Part shown: piece by piece, positions 60,336 to 64,000 of the stretch | Layout of the letters: each line of letters begins with the position of its first letter | How positions within the stretch are numbered: position 1 is the stretch's first letter | DNA from: Rebecca billardiae RCC1528 | Taxonomy: Eukaryota > Protista > Haptophyta | Direction of reading: 5' to 3' | Length of the DNA stretch: 64,000 nt | Assembly (NCBI GenBank): GCA_965240325.2 | Contig: OZ251241.1 | Span: 1,302,001-1,366,000 of the forward strand | The notes under the pieces: model-generated | What the model saw: the letters and a program-made list of their open reading frames with translations, nothing else | What the model was told of the DNA's origin: nothing | Databases searched by the model: none | Position numbers and translations under genes: made by a program

Positions 60336-63300
60336 ATGTCGAAGCGCTACGCGGCCGCGGCGCAGGCTGACGCGGTGCCGAAGCGCGCGCGGGGGGGCGA
60401 CGAGGACGATGACGGCTACTTCGAGGACGACGAGATGCTGCATGACGAGCTCGAGGCGCACGAGGCGCACGACGCGGCGGCGCTCGCTGCGCTCGCCGAG
60501 GCGGAGCAGCCGAGCGCGTTCGTCACGCTCGGCGAGCAGTTCATGTCGCGCTCGCGGCGGTGGGCGCGGCCGCCCGTGCCGCAGCTGGACAGCGCGCAGC
60601 AAGCCCTTTCGATCCAGAACCTCGAGGCCGACTACCGCATCGACAAGCCCGTGCAGGGCCTCGGCGGTGGCTCGGCCGAGGCCAAGGTCGCGATCATGCG
60701 CCTCTTCGGCGTGACCGCGGATGGGCACTCGGTGCTGATGCACGTGCACGGATTCCTGCCGTACTTCTACGTGAAGGCGTGGTCGGGCTTTGACAAGTCG
60801 CAGATCCCCGCCTTCTTCCACGCCCTGAACGCGAAGGTGCGCGGCAGCCTGCAGGGTGTCTCGCGCGAGATCCAGAACCCGATCCTGCGCGTGCGCGACG
60901 TGCAGAAGCAGTCAATCATGAACTTCCGCCCCGGGATGTCGACGTTCCTGGAGATCACCACCGCGCTCCCGACGATCGTGCCCACAGCGCGGAAGTCGCT
61001 CGAGGTGCGAAGCCCGCGCGCGCCACCAGCGAGCGCGCTGCGCACGGGCGCGCGCGCTGCTGCGCACGGCACGCCACACCACCAATGCGCGCACCCCGTC
61101 CGCGCACGCGGCGCAGTCGGGCATGCCGTGCCCCGGGCACCCGCACGGCGTCCACTTCGAGACTTTCGAATCGAACTTCCCGTTCGTGCTCCGCTTCATG
61201 GTCGACAGCGGCCTGCAGGGCTGCTCGTGGCTCACCGCGCCCGCCGGCACCTACCGGCTGCGGCCGTCGAGTGCGCCCGGCGGCGGCGCGCCGCTCGGGC
61301 GCACCTCGACGTGCCAGATCGAGCTCGACGTGCACTGGTCCAAGCTGCAGGCGCACGCGCCCGAGGGCGAGTGGCTCAAGGTGGCGCCATTCTCGACGCT
61401 CTCGGTCGACATCGAGTGCGCCGGCCGGCCGGGCGTCTTCCCCGAGCCCGAGCACGACAGCGTGATCCAGATCGCCAACCACGTCACGCTGCAGGGCGAG
61501 TCGCAGCCCAAGCTGCGGTGCATCCTCACGCTCAACCGCTGCGCGCCCATCGCCGACGCCGAGGTGCTCTCGTTCGAGTCGGAGCGCGACATGCTCAGCG
61601 CCTGGCAGCAGCTCGTCGTCGCCGTCGACCCGGACATCGTCACGGGCTACAACACGCTCAACTTCGACCTGCCGTACCTGATCAGCCGCGCGAAGAAGCT
61701 CGACGTCAAGACCTTCCCGCTCCTGGGCCGGATCATCGGCTCGCCGTCGATCGTGCGCGACAAGAACTTCTCGTCCAAACAGGTCGGCACGCGCGAGTCG
61801 AAGGAGGTGACGATGGATGGCCGCGTCAACTTTGACGTGCTGCAGATCATCCAGACGAATTACAAGCTGCGCTCCTACTCGCTCAACGCTGTCTCGGCGC
61901 ACTTCCTCGGCGAGCAGAAGGAGGACGTCCACCACTCCATCATCTCGGAGCTGCAGGTAGGCCGTGCGCGCTGCGGCCGATATGGCCATGATGCGCACCG
62001 CGCGGTATAGCGCGCTGCCTCGGCACCATGCTGCACCGCCCACCACCGCGCGCTCTGACATGCGCCAACACACTCGCGTGGCCCGCCCTGCACAGAATGG
62101 AAACGAGGACACGCGCCGGCGGCTTGCCGTGTACTGCTTGAAGGACGCATACCTGCCGCAGCGCCTCATCGACAAGCTCATGCTACTGATCAACAGCATT
62201 GAGATGGCCCGCGTGACTGGCGTGCGCTTGCTCGACCTGACGCAGCGCGGGCAGCAGATCAAGGTGCTGACGCAGCTCTACCGCAAATCGCGCACGGTGA
62301 ACCTCGTCATCCCGGTTAAGCCGCAGAACGAAAAGGGCGGCGACGCCGGCAACAACGTCAACTTCGAGGGCGCGACAGTCATCGAGCCGATCAAGGGCTA
62401 CTACGACGTGCCCATCGCCACGCTCGATTTCGCCTCGCTGTACCCATCGATCATGATGGCGCACAACCTCTGCTACTCCACGCTGGTGCGACGCGAGGAC
62501 ATGTCGACGCTCGACCCGTCCAAGGTGCGCCGCTCGCCGACAGGCGACTGCTTCGTCACGTCGGACGCGAAGAAGGGCCTCCTCCCCGAGATCCTCGAGG
62601 AGCTGCTCTCGGCGCGCAAGCGTGCAAAGGCGGAGATGAAGAAGGAGAGCGATCCGTTGCGCTACGCGGTGCTTGACGGTCGCCAGCTCGCGTTGAAGAT
62701 CTCCGCAAACTCCGTGTACGGCTTCACCGGCGCAGTCGTCGGCCAGCTGCCGTGCATCGCGATCTCGTCCACGGTGACGGCGTACGGGCGCGAGATGATC
62801 GAGCAAACGAAGGCGGAGGTCGAGAAGACGTATACGACCGCGAACGGCTACGAGCACAACGCGCAGGTGATCTACGGCGACACGGACTCGGTGATGATCA
62901 AGTTCGGGACGTCGGACCTCGCAGAGGCGATGCGATTAGGCGAGGAGGCTGCGGGCAAAGTGACGAACGTCTTCATCAAGCCGATCAAGCTCGAGTTCGA
63001 GAAGGTGCATGCCGTCACGCGGTGTGCGTTCCCAGTGGTACGCTCGCTCATGGGAAAACACGTGCCCCACCCTCGCACCCGCCCGCTCTCACCTGCGGCA
63101 GTGCTACCACCCGTACCTGCTGATGAACAAGAAGCGGTACGCAGGGCTGCTCTGGACGAACACGATCAAGCACGACAAGATGGACTGCAAGGTAGGCTGC
63201 GACAGCGCGGGGTGCGCTCGCCACAGCCCACATCCCCACCTCTCCGAACCTTTTCGAGGTCCATGGGCAGCCGCGCCAGCAAAGTCAAGCGTGATCGGCG

Positions 63301-64000
63301 TTGCTTGCATCGAGATGTCACCGTTAAGCGTGCAAGTCCCCGCGCGGCGCGTTACGTGCGCAGGGCATCGAGACAGTGCGTCGTGACAACTGCGCGCTCG
63401 CCAAGGACGTCATCGACACATGCCTGCGGCTCATTCTCATCGAGCAGGTGATTCCTGAGCGATGCGCCGTGCGCGGTTTGCTGGCGTACGTACCGTACCG
63501 TACTGGCCCCACCAAAAAAAAGCGTTCATGTACGCGTCCTCCACCCCGCATGCGCACGCACCCATTACCCCAGGACGTGTCCGGTGCAGTGACGTACGTG
63601 AAGGGCGTCATCGCCGACTTGCTCATGAACCGGATCGACATCTCGAAGCTCGTCATCTCGAAAGCGCTGACGCGCTCCGCCGACAACTTCGACAACAAGC
63701 AGGCACACGTCGAGCTCGCTGCGCGCATCGCCAAGCGTGATCCCGGAATGGCCCCCAACATCGGCGATCGCATTCCCTATGTCATCATCAAGGGGCACAA
63801 GAGCCTCAAGGCGTACGAGAAGTCGGAAGACCCGATCTACGTGCTCGAGAACAACATCCCCATCGACACGCAACACTACCTCGACCACCAGCTCGCGGAA
63901 CCTCTCAAGCGGTGCGCAGAAGATGCGCCGCGCCGCGAGAACCGTCGTGGAGGAGGAGGCCAGCCTCTTTCCTCCATTGGCTGCCGCGCACGGAGGAAAG
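60336..64000 (+). CDS. POLD1: DNA polymerase delta catalytic subunit, multi-exon, truncated by the window end
   Basis: Exonuclease motifs ([34 protein letters not shown]) and polymerase motifs ([61 protein letters not shown]). Confidence 0.98.

Noticed and set aside
60336-64000. Family B polymerase as a sign of a virus, Polinton or casposon
   Set aside because: The sequence is canonical cellular Pol delta with host-type introns and housekeeping neighbours.

Overview
Eukaryotic, very GC-rich nuclear DNA with short GC-rich spliceosomal introns (mostly GTGCGC...GCAG). This style suggests a haptophyte such as a Pavlovales alga, but that is inference only. Most long ORFs in the six-frame track are GC-driven shadow frames. 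About 15 real genes can be reconstructed: an OSCA/TMC-like channel, a membrane-anchored thioredoxin, a coiled-coil/PGP-repeat (ODF3-like) protein, a WD40-TRP channel, a GT92-like glycosyltransferase, MO25, a CNNM transporter, an ODA-DC3-like EF-hand protein, a nucleoside-hydrolase/6TM/TIR fusion, a PH-FYVE-RING protein, two divergent cNMP-binding proteins, RPAC1, a UBC4-type E2 and POLD1 (truncated by the window end). Many genes sit in tight head-to-head pairs. The intergenic DNA is dominated by non-autonomous fold-back and TIR elements. These include a 1.1-kb palindrome with a 7-bp TSD, a CACTA-like element, and a 5.7-kb element with a 9-bp TSD whose left TIR is split by a 2.1-kb near-perfect palindrome built from the TIR's own motif. 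There is also a TA-TSD element and further fold-backs. The most interesting candidates are (1) the nucleoside hydrolase-membrane-TIR fusion, a possible nucleotide-signalling or immune protein, (2) the nested self-homologous palindrome and the recurring palindromic doubling at element termini, and (3) the WD40-TRP channel. No database searches were run.
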